Below, piece by piece: positions 1 through 10,495 of a stretch of DNA of 64,000 nucleotides. A program made the translations under genes and the position numbers. The notes beneath the pieces are model-generated. The model was given only the letters and a program-made list of their open reading frames with translations. It did not search any database and had not been told where the DNA came from. Source of the DNA: an uncultured Nitrososphaerales archaeon (lineage in GTDB: Archaea > Thermoproteota > Nitrososphaeria > Nitrososphaerales > Nitrososphaeraceae); NCBI GenBank assembly GCA_963713605.1, contig CAVQMO010000003.1, positions 352,001 through 416,000 of the forward strand, in the 5' to 3' direction. How positions within the stretch are numbered: position 1 is the stretch's first letter; the number at the start of each line of letters is the position of its first letter.

Positions 1-71
1 TATGAGGCAAGATGCTACAACGCATAGTAAACCAATAATTTATTATAATTTGTAGCCTAAACATAATAGAT

Positions 72-692
72 ATGTCAAGAGAGATGAAGGCTAACGAAAG
101 CCCCAATCATTTTATGGTCCTGGATGCAATTGGTCGAGGTATGAATACAGCCGACAAGATTAGTAAGGTGACTAAACTTGATATAACAGAGGTTGAACTG
201 ATACTTAACGATCTTACTGTCCAGCGTTTGGTGAACCGAATGGAAAAAAAAGGCTTCTTTAGAAGCAAAAAAATAGAATTCGCGATTAATGAAACGGGTC
301 ATGGCTTGTTGAATTCGAAGAAGCGTGAGTTAGAGCAAAAGACCAAAGACATTCAACAGGCGTACGGTAACGGTAACACTGCTCAGTTGCAGTCATTCAT
401 GGGAACAGATAGGGCCTGGATACCTTTCCTGTTGTTTTCTGGCTTACTTGACGTCGTGTTCTTCGCTTCAATGATGTCATTTATGGGGATGGCAATGAGT
501 CCCCAGGAAAGCTCAATGGCCGGCGATGCTGGAGGGGCATCTGAGTCCGCTTCGGGTTCAGATACAACAGGCCAAGAAGACTCGGGTGCTGCTGACGCTG
601 GAAGTGACAGTGGGGGCGGAGACTTCGAAGGGGGAGGATTTGACAGTTCTGGAGGTTCAGGAATGGATTTCGGGGGTGATTTTAACTTTTAA
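72..692 (+). CDS. Winged-helix protein with C-terminal hydrophobic segment and acidic Gly/Ser-rich tail
   Basis: N-terminal wHTH pattern (VLDAIGRG..ADKISKVTKL..EVELILNDL..LV..FAINETG). Hydrophobic WIPFLLFSGLLDVVFFASMM, then a low-complexity tail ending DFGGDFNF. Confidence 0.7.
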   Translation: MSREMKANESPNHFMVLDAIGRGMNTADKISKVTKLDITEVELILNDLTVQRLVNRMEKKGFFRSKKIEFAINETGHGLLNSKKRELEQKTKDIQQAYGNGNTAQLQSFMGTDRAWIPFLLFSGLLDVVFFASMMSFMGMAMSPQESSMAGDAGGASESASGSDTTGQEDSGAADAGSDSGGGDFEGGGFDSSGGSGMDFGGDFNF

Positions 693-836
693 TAGTCAGA
701 AGACAAATAGTTTGATACAACTCAGAGCCTCTTCTAACTTCTTGTTTCAATCCAAGTACTAATTTCCTAGGGCGATCGCCTTTTTGTTCCGGTTAGTTGG
801 TTGAAAAATCAAATAGGATGAAGGATTGGCCTTGGT

Positions 837-1232
837 TCATCGCATACAACTAGCCATAGCCTGACTATCAATTATACAGTTTGCTGCCATCCTCGAGCTT
901 GATAAAGAGCCTCCTGTGACAAACTCTATCGCTTGACTTGAATTCATTGATGTACCCTGAGAGCCCATATTTAATAATGACAGCTGTATCTCTGCTAGGT
1001 TTATTTGACGAAGTGCTGCAATTGTATCTCCTTTCGTTAATAACGCATCGGCAGTCTTTAAATGAAATCTTGTTAATTCTATCATTGGAGCTGTCATGTT
1101 TCCATCGTTGGCGGCTTGTGCGGTAGCTTGAGGAATAATGGCAGTAAACTTGCTGCTTGATACTGATATCAAACTGCCTATTATTAACACCGTAATAATA
1201 AATTCAAGGTAATTTTCGAAAGTCTGAGCCAT
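837..1232 (-). CDS. Secreted hypothetical protein
   Basis: Likely start ATG at 1232 (MAQTFENY); hydrophobic signal segment followed by ATAQA. The upstream part of the track ORF overlaps the DUF5996 remnant. Confidence 0.5.
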   Translation of the reverse strand: MAQTFENYLEFIITVLIIGSLISVSSSKFTAIIPQATAQAANDGNMTAPMIELTRFHLKTADALLTKGDTIAALRQINLAEIQLSLLNMGSQGTSMNSSQAIEFVTGGSLSSSRMAANCIIDSQAMASCMR

Positions 1233-1259
1233 ATAATATCCATTTAAATGGCTCGTTGT

Positions 1260-1581
1260 TATAAGATTTCTCTTTTGTATCCTTCTGTCGAAGCTTATTC
1301 TCACGAAGTGAGCAGTTGTGGTTTCTGGCCAGGAGGTGGTCCAGTTGATCAACCCGTATTTCACGCCTATGCCTATACCGAACCTCGTGGCTTCAAGGAC
1401 TATCCGATCAAGCCATCAGAAGCGTTCTACCATACTGGTATGGGTGAGTTCTTGTTGCCCTACGATATAGTCCGTACCTCGAAAAATCCTGACGATGTCT
1501 TGCTTTCCTTTCTACAAAGTACTTATGAGGCAGCTCGCAAATTGTGCCAAATGGGATAGACATGCACTGGAGCGCCAATAA
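1260..1581 (+). pseudogene. C-terminal remnant of a DUF5996 (Ava_C0101-like) protein
   Basis: EAYSHEVSSCGFWPGG..PVFHAYAY.EP.GF...GEFLLPYDIVR....PDDVLLSFLQSTYEAA, then after a 1-nt shift ANCAKWDRHALERQ*. The N-terminal part is absent. Confidence 0.7.
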
Positions 1582-1907
1582 GCAAATAGGAAATCGGTAT
1601 CATCTTACCAATGACATGTTGGTTCACGTTGGTTCATAATGAAATACCTTATGCTGCTTCTATTTGTGATATAATCATATCTCTAATAAGGTATCTGTGA
1701 CAATGATCTCCCACATTATAGCACTGGCATAACAAAGTGACATGTATATTTCTACTCAACTGCCTAAGCTCTTGAATTTATCCAAATTTTGGGGATTATT
1801 TATTATTTCAGTTAAAAATCATCTTTTATTTTCAAGCCAATCTATAATTTTGTCTTTCATGTAGTTCTTATACACCAACTGAAATAAAGGGACCGAATTC
1901 TAAAGTT

Positions 1908-2432
1908 CTACCTTTGGATCCATGGAAATTGTTTATACTTTTTGTAGTATTCAACTAATCCTCCTTCCAATAACATCTTCTGCATGAATTCCGGGACTTT
2001 TCTAGCAAGAAAAGTCTCTTTGGTTCTAGTATTTTCGACAGTATACCTAGTTATGTCGATCTTAAGTTCATCCTTCTGAACTACCTTCCCTTTTATTTCT
2101 GGTATTTCAAATGCGGGCAATCCTATTGTAAAGGCATTCCTATAAAAAATGCGTGCAAAACTCTCAGCTATAACTGCAGAAATGCCTGCATATTTTAATG
2201 CTACTGGGGCCTGTTCTCTGCTAGAGCCTCCTCCAAAATTTCGACCTGCTATTATTATGTCATTCTTGGAGATTTTTTTGTGAAAATCTGGATCGTATCC
2301 ATACATAGCATATTTAGCCAATTCATATGGATCATTGGTCCTGCTTTTGAATCTGAAGGGTATTATTATATCTGTATTGATATTATCTCCAAATACCCAG
2401 GCCTTTCCTTTTATAATATTAGTATTGGTCAT
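1908..2432 (-). CDS. leuD: Isopropylmalate dehydratase/homoaconitase-family small subunit (LeuD/HacB-like)
   Basis: [44 protein letters not shown]. Confidence 0.85.
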   Translation of the reverse strand: MTNTNIIKGKAWVFGDNINTDIIIPFRFKSRTNDPYELAKYAMYGYDPDFHKKISKNDIIIAGRNFGGGSSREQAPVALKYAGISAVIAESFARIFYRNAFTIGLPAFEIPEIKGKVVQKDELKIDITRYTVENTRTKETFLARKVPEFMQKMLLEGGLVEYYKKYKQFPWIQR

Positions 2433-2478
2433 AGTCGTTGGATGTTCATAATATTGATGATGAAATCATTATTCATAA

Positions 2479-3841
2479 TCAAAAATACTTCCTTGGATCG
2501 GCTATTTTTCCTTCGATCGCAGATGCTGCTACCGTTGCAGGAGATGCTAGATATACTTTAGATGACAGTGCACCCATTCTGCCGATAAAATTCCTTGAGG
2601 ATGAAGATATACAGATCTCATTTTCTCCTAACGCACCAAGATGAGTACCAACACATGCGCCACATGTAGCATTGGTAAACACAGCTCCTGATTGTAGATA
2701 AATTTCTACATAGCCACGCTTAATTGCATCTTCGTATACTTTGACAGATGCAGGAGTAACTACGCATCGTGTATTTTTGTGAATTTTTCTGCCCTTTAAT
2801 ATGTGTGCTGCAATTTCAAGGTCTTCTATTCTTCCGTTTGTAGAAGAACCTATAAACGCTTGATCAATATCTATATTTGATAATTCTTCAACTGAATGTA
2901 CCTTGTCAATATTATCCGGACCTGAAACTTTCGGATCAATCTTGTTACATTCTATCTCAAATTCATCTTCGTACCTGGCAGAAGTACCCGCTTTTATTTT
3001 GATATTTTTGAGATCGTTATTTGTTCTTGCATTCTCTTCTAGATATTTAGTTGTAACCTGATCAGTGGGAAATACAGATATTTTTGCACCGCACTCCATT
3101 GAAGCATTGCTGATACATGCTCTAGAGTCCATAGTAAATTCTTTCCTGACATTTTCATTTGAAAATTTCCATTCTAGTGCCTTATAATTTGCACCATCTT
3201 CGCCTACCTTTCCGATATAATCTAAAATTAGATCTCGTACAAACACTCCTTTCCCAAAAATCCCTGATAAATTAATCTTTATAGTATCTGGTACTTTCAA
3301 CCATAATTGACCTGTTGCCCAGACAGGCAGCAATTTCTGTACTTCCAATTCCAGTAGCAAATGCAGACAGACATCCGGCTTGACAGGTATGTGAATCTGC
3401 TCCCAATATCATCATACCAGGAACAGCAAGATATTCGAGAATATATTGATGCGAGATTGAGCCCTCGACTAAAAGGCAGTTGTATTTAGAGACAAAATCT
3501 CTCATCATAGCATGCATATTGGCCACTTTCTCATCTGCTGCTGGAAATGTATGATCTATAACTAGCAAAACCTTCGAAGGATCGTAGGGCTTGTTGATAC
3601 CCATTTCTGCAAATGAACGTATTGCCAAAGGGCCTGTACTATCTTGTGCCATAGCGAGATCTACATTCACAATTACAATATCACCGGGCATGGACACTGA
3701 TTTTGTTTCGACATTCTTTATGCTTATCAGCTTTTCAGCAATGGTGAGTGAACTATCATTGAGAATTGTTTTGGTACGAGATGTGTCCTGACTTTGATGC
3801 TGCTGTCGTCGTTGAAGCGAAGCACGTGTCATGTTTTGCAT
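2479..3841 (-). CDS. leuC: Isopropylmalate dehydratase/homoaconitase-family large subunit (LeuC/HacA-like), frameshifted near 3330
   Basis: Two track ORFs join: TIAEKL, DH, GADSHTC, FATGIGSTE / IGSSTNGR, CGACVG, RNFIGRMG, YLASPATVAASAIEGKIADPR. Confidence 0.85.
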
Positions 3842-4241
3842 TTAATACCCTTTTGGTAGTTCAGATCTAATTATTCTACAACCAGTGGAGAGAAAATTTA
3901 CTATCATTATATTCCCTGTTGAAATTTTATCACAGATAACTATTTCCTGCATATCATATCAATAGGTAATTATTGCTAATAAAATTTCGTCCTTGATCCA
4001 TTCTACCTCTAACAGAGTTCGGTCATAATGGGAATAAATTTTATCATTTATTGCGCTTATTAGTAACATATATCATATAAATTTAATACTTATTTTGATT
4101 CCGAGAAGCAGGAATTGACAGCCGATAGCACTCCCATAATTACAGATTAAATAATGGTTTTCTTTCTATGCTAATGTTCTTCTGAATTCCAATCAAGATT
4201 CAATGTGTTTTCCACTGTACTCCTTTCAGATCACTCCCCTG

Positions 4242-4506
4242 TCATCTATTCTCCTTCTCGGTCACGGCATCAATCTTCCTATCCAAATTAAGTATTTCCT
4301 TAAGAAATCTCTCCTGATGTTTCTGAACATGTTGCATTGATTGCAAGACTTTATAGTGACTCTCCTCAAGCTCGTTTATCCGTCTGAGGGTCTCATCCTG
4401 TTTCGTTGTAGTTTTCTTCTGTATTTTATAGATCCACCAGGCTATTACTATGCCAAGGCAGCGCTCCTAAAACAATACTTAGATATGTACTAGAGGCGTT
4501 TGTCAT
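4242..4506 (-). CDS. Small single-TM coiled-coil protein (1-nt frameshift)
   Basis: Manual translation: MTNASSTYLSIVLGA/CLGIVIAWWIYKIQKKTTTKQDETLRRINELEESHYKVLQSMQHVQKHQERFLKEILNLDRKIDAVTEKENR*. Confidence 0.55.
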
Positions 4507-5474
4507 ATCTATGCAACCTTTGGCTATTTCAGGTATGCATCCCCAAGATACCATACTTTATTATGATATTAGGTCCTGATGTTATAGTTTGCCTCATTGT
4601 CGGAGATAAGAAAAGGTGATTCCTTGTTGCTTCTGCAAGAGGTACAGACGAAAATTCGTCTTTTTCGCATTTACCGTTGGTCTAGGGCAGAGGATATTTG
4701 CACATAGACTTTTCCTGTACTCTACTGAGGGGTGTTATTAAGCTATCAGCACCTGGACTTTGACTGGTAGGGTGCTTATTGATTTTTCTTTAAAACCTAT
4801 GAGGAACGGCCTTCCCGTTATTCCAGGGCTCGCTAAAATGCACAGCAATATCGTGCGCTGTCAGATTTCAATTCATTTGATTATTCAGTCCTTATAAATT
4901 AAAAGCCAAAATGCCTGTTTCTATTTTACTCACCAATCTCAATTTCCTTATCACAGAATGGATAACCTCTACTCAAATTATAATCTCTTACCTGATTATT
5001 CTTTCCTCTAATTGGCAGTACTGCCCGCTTCCGTTGGAAATGATGTTATAGCCCCCTTCAATCATATTTCTCATTGCTGCTGGCATTGGTATTGTATATT
5101 AGCGAGGATCTTTCCTAAGAGATGTTTGTAGGTATACAAACATAAATTCTTTGCATAACCTACAATAGTTGTAGTGGTTAAGTAAAGGCAGTGCCAATAA
5201 TACTGATTTTTTGTATTCCAAACTTTTAAGTTACTAAACAGGGGTTAATAATGTCCCCAACTCAAATATGATAAAATATCACTAGTGCAGCCCTTAGACT
5301 TAACGTATAACTATTTCCTCTTGAAGTAACATATGATTATTATATAGTCTAAGTAAGCTATAAGCTTTTCATATAGATATAATGTACAATTCTGCTACTT
5401 TTGTTACCAATTTCACTCCATAAATTGGACATGTAACCTAGCAAATTTATATACAAAGAATTGAGCTAATAGTT

Positions 5475-6245
5475 GTGGCTCAATATGCTGTTCAACCAAG
5501 AAAGGTGTTCCCTGTTAAGACATTACATTATGGCAATGAAGCTCGTAATAAAGAGGGACTTAAAGGAAGACTAATCATTGTCGAGGGAATAGACGGATCC
5601 GGCAAGTCGACCCAGCTTCATCTCTTAGAACAATGGTTACGATCTAAGAATATGGCCGTATTCTTAACGGAGTGGAATTCATCCGATATGGTCAAACAGA
5701 TTACCTCCAAAGGGAAAAAGAAAGGCAAGCTTACCCCAACAACGTTCAGCCTATTGCATGCTACAGACTTCGCAGATAGGTATGAGAGAAAGATTCTCCC
5801 TCTTCTTCGAGCAGGTTATATCGTCTTGGCCGATCGATACATTTACACAGCATTTGCAAGGGATACCGTGCGAGGGTGTAGTAGAAGTTGGGTGCACAAA
5901 GTCTATAGCTACGCCTTAAAGCCAGATCTTACATTTTATTTTAAAGTCCGTATTGATGTGGCATTTGAAAGAATTCTCGTTGGACGCCCGAAGCTGAAAT
6001 TCTATGAAGCAGGGATGGATTTGAACCTCAGTAACGATCCATATGAAAGCTATCGGATATTTCAACAGCGAATAATAGATGAATACGATGCTATGGCCCA
6101 GGATGAAGGGTTCGCTGTTATCGATGGAACATCTGCCATTGAGGAGCAACAGGCCCAAGTACGTGATTTAGTCAAGGGTGTAATCCCAAAAAACCAACGT
6201 AAGTTTCTTGAATCAGAGCCTATCAAGTTAGGAGTGGCGGCATGA
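5475..6245 (+). CDS. Thymidylate kinase-like P-loop kinase, subunit A
   Basis: IIVEGIDGSGKST Walker A; GYIVLADRY; KPDLTFY. Confidence 0.85.
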   Translation: MAQYAVQPRKVFPVKTLHYGNEARNKEGLKGRLIIVEGIDGSGKSTQLHLLEQWLRSKNMAVFLTEWNSSDMVKQITSKGKKKGKLTPTTFSLLHATDFADRYERKILPLLRAGYIVLADRYIYTAFARDTVRGCSRSWVHKVYSYALKPDLTFYFKVRIDVAFERILVGRPKLKFYEAGMDLNLSNDPYESYRIFQQRIIDEYDAMAQDEGFAVIDGTSAIEEQQAQVRDLVKGVIPKNQRKFLESEPIKLGVAA

Positions 6246-7078
6246 TAAGGAGGAGACGAATGCGAAAAGGGGCTTCAAAGACCATGACGACGCAAAGACC
6301 AAGAAATCGACCAGTCAACGAAGAATTGGATAACGCCTATAATTTGCAAATTAGTAGGAAAGAAACTCGCCGGTCCCGGTTACCACTGTATTATGGAGAT
6401 GGCATTAGATACCTTCAGAACGATACTCCACTCAGTGGAAAGCTTATTGTTATAGAAGGACCAGACGCATCAGGCAGGACCAGTCAGATTTCCATAATAC
6501 AACCATGGTTAGAAGCTGATGGACATGCTGTTGTTACCACCGGGTTACGAAGGTCTGAATTGGTCGGAGAGGGGATATTAGAAGCGAAAAGAAATTTCGT
6601 ACTGGGGAGGAGAACGCTCAGCCTATTCTATGCAGCAGACTTTGCAGATCAACTTGAAAACAAGATTATACCCGCATTGAGAGCAGGATACATCGTTCTT
6701 GCTGATAGATATATTTTTACGTTAATGGCTCGAGATGCGGTAAGAAGGATTAGCAGGACATGGTCACATGCATTATATGGGTTTGCGTTAAAACCTGATC
6801 TAGTCTTCTATCTAGATGTGGATCCTAATGAGTTAATTCATAGAGGCTTTCAAAAAAATTTTTCTCTAGATTACTACGAATCCGGTGCAGATTTGGGACT
6901 CTCAGATGATATGTTTGAGTCCTTTATTAAGTATCAAAACATGTTGGCAAAGGAATTCCACAGAATGCAGAAGAAATACGGATTAATTCCTATAGACGGA
7001 AACCGTACGATTGAAGAAATTAACACTGATCTCCTAAAACGCATTGGCGATTTTCTTAATACAGCCGCTGTTAGATAA
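6242..7078 (+). CDS. Thymidylate kinase-like P-loop kinase, subunit B (degenerate Walker A)
   Basis: IVIEGPDASGRTS; GYIVLADRY; KPDLVFYLD. ATGA overlap with the upstream paralogue. Confidence 0.85.
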   Translation: MIRRRRMRKGASKTMTTQRPRNRPVNEELDNAYNLQISRKETRRSRLPLYYGDGIRYLQNDTPLSGKLIVIEGPDASGRTSQISIIQPWLEADGHAVVTTGLRRSELVGEGILEAKRNFVLGRRTLSLFYAADFADQLENKIIPALRAGYIVLADRYIFTLMARDAVRRISRTWSHALYGFALKPDLVFYLDVDPNELIHRGFQKNFSLDYYESGADLGLSDDMFESFIKYQNMLAKEFHRMQKKYGLIPIDGNRTIEEINTDLLKRIGDFLNTAAVR

Positions 7079-7205
7079 GGAGCGATAGTATTACTAATGC
7101 CTATTACAGTTCTAGATTTGATACTTGATTTAACCTCTGTTATCAGGAACATGAGCTGAAGCTATTTGATGTCCATATTAGATTGAGAGTATCAAACGAT
7201 CGTCA

Positions 7206-7457
7206 TCATCGCCGTCGGAGTATTTCGTCTACGAAACACAATTTCCAATTCTCTCCAGGTTCGTAGGATCAATGACCGGATGTCCAGTTGAATGAAAATG
7301 CTTTGTTCCGTGTCTATTTTTGGAAGAGTCACAACATCCAATATGACCACAGCTTAAACATAACCTCAAGGCTACCCAATTTTTCACATTCCTCACAACC
7401 ATTCGTTCTTGCCTCTGTTTCAGGGTTTGCCTGTTTCAGATGACTGCACACTCTCAT
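7206..7457 (-). pseudogene. UBP-type zinc finger protein, two frameshifts
   Basis: Manual translation: MRVCSHL...GCEECEK/WVALRLCLSCGHIGCCDSSKNRHGTKHFHSTGHPVI/SYEPGENWKLCFVDE. Confidence 0.75.
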
Positions 7458-7852
7458 GATTTTACGAGTATCATATTGTATTTAAAGTTGATAATGTTAG
7501 TAGCGCGACAATTATCATATTACTCTTGGGGGAAACGAATACGTAAACTGTCTTGGCCAGACTGGATTGTTGTTCCCGACCTAATAAGATGACCTAACAG
7601 ATATACGGGATAAGAAGAGCGATTGTCCTTTGGTTGAGGTTTAAACTCGATTAGATTTGATCCTTTTGCGCCTTTGAGGGATCCCTATCAGATGCGCCAA
7701 TCATTCTCAATTTTCCCATTTGAGGGACATAATTTTTGAGTCGTGTTATGCTAATTTTAAGATTTATTGTGAAATTAGAAAATGGACACCCATACCCATT
7801 TATCACCTTTGATCCATAATGATGTGGTATTATCCAAAGGGGATGTGTATAA

Positions 7853-8485
7853 TTGAGACTATATTTATTGGTGATCGTAGTTGGAATACTGCTACTCGCT
7901 GGAACTTTTGTAATATCGTCGTTAGCCACCATTGAGGATTTTCCAACCGTCGATTATTATACTATTAGCAGCAACGGTGATGATAATGATGACTCCGTCA
8001 TCGAACAGGAAAGTCATCTGCAAATCTGCTGTTCGTGGTCAACAAAATTATCTGATGGCGTCTTAAAATATTCAATAGATGAAGCACAGGTGGAGGATAA
8101 GCAAAAGGGAAGACTGGCGATAATTAAGGCAATCAAGGAATGGGATACAAAAATAGAAGGTCTGCAACTAATTGAAGAAGAACAGAATCCTTCAATCTCA
8201 GATATACAGATTACATTTGGTGAGCTGGGTAATGATGAAACTGGAAATCAATACTATGATTTCAAGAATAAGGTAGACGAGGATTTAACATTGATACCGT
8301 CAGCAGGTTGGACTCAATTTACATTTGATAACCATGGGTTTATTGATAGTAGTAAAATAATTATATCTGAAGACATCTTTGACCAAAATTTCGGTGAAGA
8401 CATCATTGAGCAAATTGCAAAACACGAGCTTGGACATGCTCTTGGTCTTGGTCATACTAATTACGAAGGAAGTTTGATGATCTAG
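7853..8485 (+). CDS. Secreted matrixin-like (M10 metzincin) zinc metalloprotease, possibly C-terminally truncated
   Basis: Signal peptide; HELGHALGLGH; Met-turn SLM immediately before the stop. Confidence 0.8.
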   Translation: MRLYLLVIVVGILLLAGTFVISSLATIEDFPTVDYYTISSNGDDNDDSVIEQESHLQICCSWSTKLSDGVLKYSIDEAQVEDKQKGRLAIIKAIKEWDTKIEGLQLIEEEQNPSISDIQITFGELGNDETGNQYYDFKNKVDEDLTLIPSAGWTQFTFDNHGFIDSSKIIISEDIFDQNFGEDIIEQIAKHELGHALGLGHTNYEGSLMI

Positions 8486-8864
8486 AAAAGTGGCAGGAAA
8501 CATATGTGGAGGAATTGAATCAAATAGAAAGAAGAACCTCATACAATTTTTATAATATTGCACAAGCTGCAGTTACGGCAGCACCGCCAAAATATTGTAG
8601 ACATTCGAACGGTCTGTAGGATAGGAGGGGGGGTAGTGGAGACCATTCTATAGTCTATTCTGGAGTGCTTTCATCTATGGTCGTCCTACCTTAACTCATC
8701 TGTTGTGGTTATGTGATCGTTTATGGAATCTGCATGAATTAGTTGTTTGTATACTCTACTAAGAAAATATGATACAGTAGTTTTAGGCGTATTAGAATCG
8801 GAGCAGGACAAAGCGCTTATTTCTGGATAGGAGTAAGATATAAGACAATTGAAGACTAGAATTA

Positions 8865-9338
8865 ATGAGAATGCAGTTGAATAATTTCAATCGAGTAGAA
8901 GCTCTGCGGGAAATCATTTTTTCTTATCTACATCATGCTCAAGCTAGTATTAGCGGCCATAGAGTGAGCGCCGCTGTATTTGCTATGAGGAAAGCCAGAT
9001 CGAAGAGCAAAAAAAAAATAGAAACCGAGAGTGGTGATTTGTTCAAAGTCTTTGGCGGTTGTAACCTGGAAATATCTATAAGCACAGTTTTACACGCAGA
9101 GGCAATTGCTTTGTATAAAGCATTGTCGGAAGGATATACAAAAATTCAGGCAGTAGGAGTAACAAGTGATCATGAAGATCAGATAAAACCTTTGTGCGGC
9201 GCTTGTAGACAACTCTACATGTATGTTAATCCATTGACAACAATCTATGTATTCGGCAAGGACAAAAAAGTCAAACTCCAGGTGAAATTAATAGATACTA
9301 TGAAATATCCGTATATTAGTAGAGGTAAGGTCACTTGA
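8865..9338 (+). CDS. cdd: Cytidine deaminase
   Basis: GCNLE, HAEAIAL, PLCGACRQ zinc motifs. Confidence 0.8.
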   Translation: MRMQLNNFNRVEALREIIFSYLHHAQASISGHRVSAAVFAMRKARSKSKKKIETESGDLFKVFGGCNLEISISTVLHAEAIALYKALSEGYTKIQAVGVTSDHEDQIKPLCGACRQLYMYVNPLTTIYVFGKDKKVKLQVKLIDTMKYPYISRGKVT

Positions 9339-9400
9339 ACTCATCCAACTCTTATACTTACGTGTGAGCTTGTAGATGACTTGAACTCATCCAACTCTTA
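9333..9400 (+). repeat. 22-bp direct repeat ACTTGAACTCATCCAACTCTTA (9333-9354 and 9379-9400)
   Basis: Exact copies read from the sequence; 24-bp spacer. Confidence 0.9.
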
Positions 9401-10425
9401 CTCTTCTGAACAAAAGATTGAAGTCTGGCACGGGGCTGAAAATATAATAAACAAGTCATTGGAAGTGATGTATTCTATAGAAAATCAATATGACTTGCGC
9501 ATTACGCAGGGTGGGCTGAACGTAATCTTATCTGAAGACAGAATAAGAAAGGCAGACAAGAGGAGTGACAACTAGGATCATAACCGAATTCACGAAAGAT
9601 AATCTAAAAGAGTGCAGAATATTATCAGAGATCGCACAGATTCATCATTTATCTGAAATGAGTGGTAATTTTGCCGTTGCGGACAGAAAGAACTATGTGG
9701 CTGTAGCAGATCTTAATGATTCTTGTTCTCCCAACGTGGAACTTATAACAAGTACTGCACCAGCCTTTGTAAAGCAACAACAACATTTTTTTGATATGCT
9801 TTGGTCTAAGTCAGTACCTTTTGAACCACCTGTTACAGTAATGGAGGATGTCATGATCCCCACTATGATGCAGCTACTCACTAAGCCTTCCGAAATACTT
9901 AATGTTAGCTATAGACTTCTCAAGGAAGCAAGAAAAGAAATACTGGCGATTTTCCATACAGCCAATGCCCTAGTTCGTCAAGAGAAAGCAGGAGCAATTG
10001 ACTTACTTATTGAAAGTGCGATAAAATACAAAACACAAGTTAAAATTCTTGTACCAATAGAAGACATAGCACTAAACACGATCCGTAGATTAGAAGAAAC
10101 TAATGGAATACAAGTACGACATATCGAATCAATCATGCAAACTATGGTTACAATTGTAGTGATAGATAGAACATACTCAATAGCAGTTGAATTGAAAGAT
10201 GATACGAAGGAAAATTCGGAGGAAGCAATAGGATTGGCAACATTTTCTAACAGTAAATCAACGGTATTGTCATATGTATCAATGTTTGAAAGTTACATGA
10301 GACTTACCGAATTATATAAGGAATCACAATCAAGACTGAGCAATAAAACAGATGAACTAGAAGCTATGAAAAAATATCTAAATGAAGTGCTGGAAGAAGT
10401 AGACAAGTTCAAGAAAACCAAATAA
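9381..10425 (+). CDS. Tandem TrmB/PLD-like sensor-type domains plus coiled coil, no kinase core (frameshift near 9560)
   Basis: Joined reading KRGVTTRIITEFTKDN...GNFAVAD...VKQQQHFFDMLW; second unit VKILVP...TIVVIDR..SIAVELKDDTKENSEEAIGLATFSNSKSTVLSYVSMFE. Resembles the N-termini of Nitrososphaera histidine kinases. Confidence 0.65.
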
Positions 10426-10495
10426 TAGTGGAGGATAATTATTTATGACAAACAAAAGTCAAGGATTTTCTATGAAAGGTGGCATGTAGTTTAAT

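Noticed and set aside
3320..3345. Programmed frameshifting in leuC (and likewise dnaK)
   Set aside because: No slippery heptamer or stimulatory structure, and indels are scattered window-wide, consistent with sequencing error.
9333..9400. Possible single-spacer CRISPR
   Set aside because: Only two 22-bp copies, overlapping a stop and a start codon; better explained as a local duplication.
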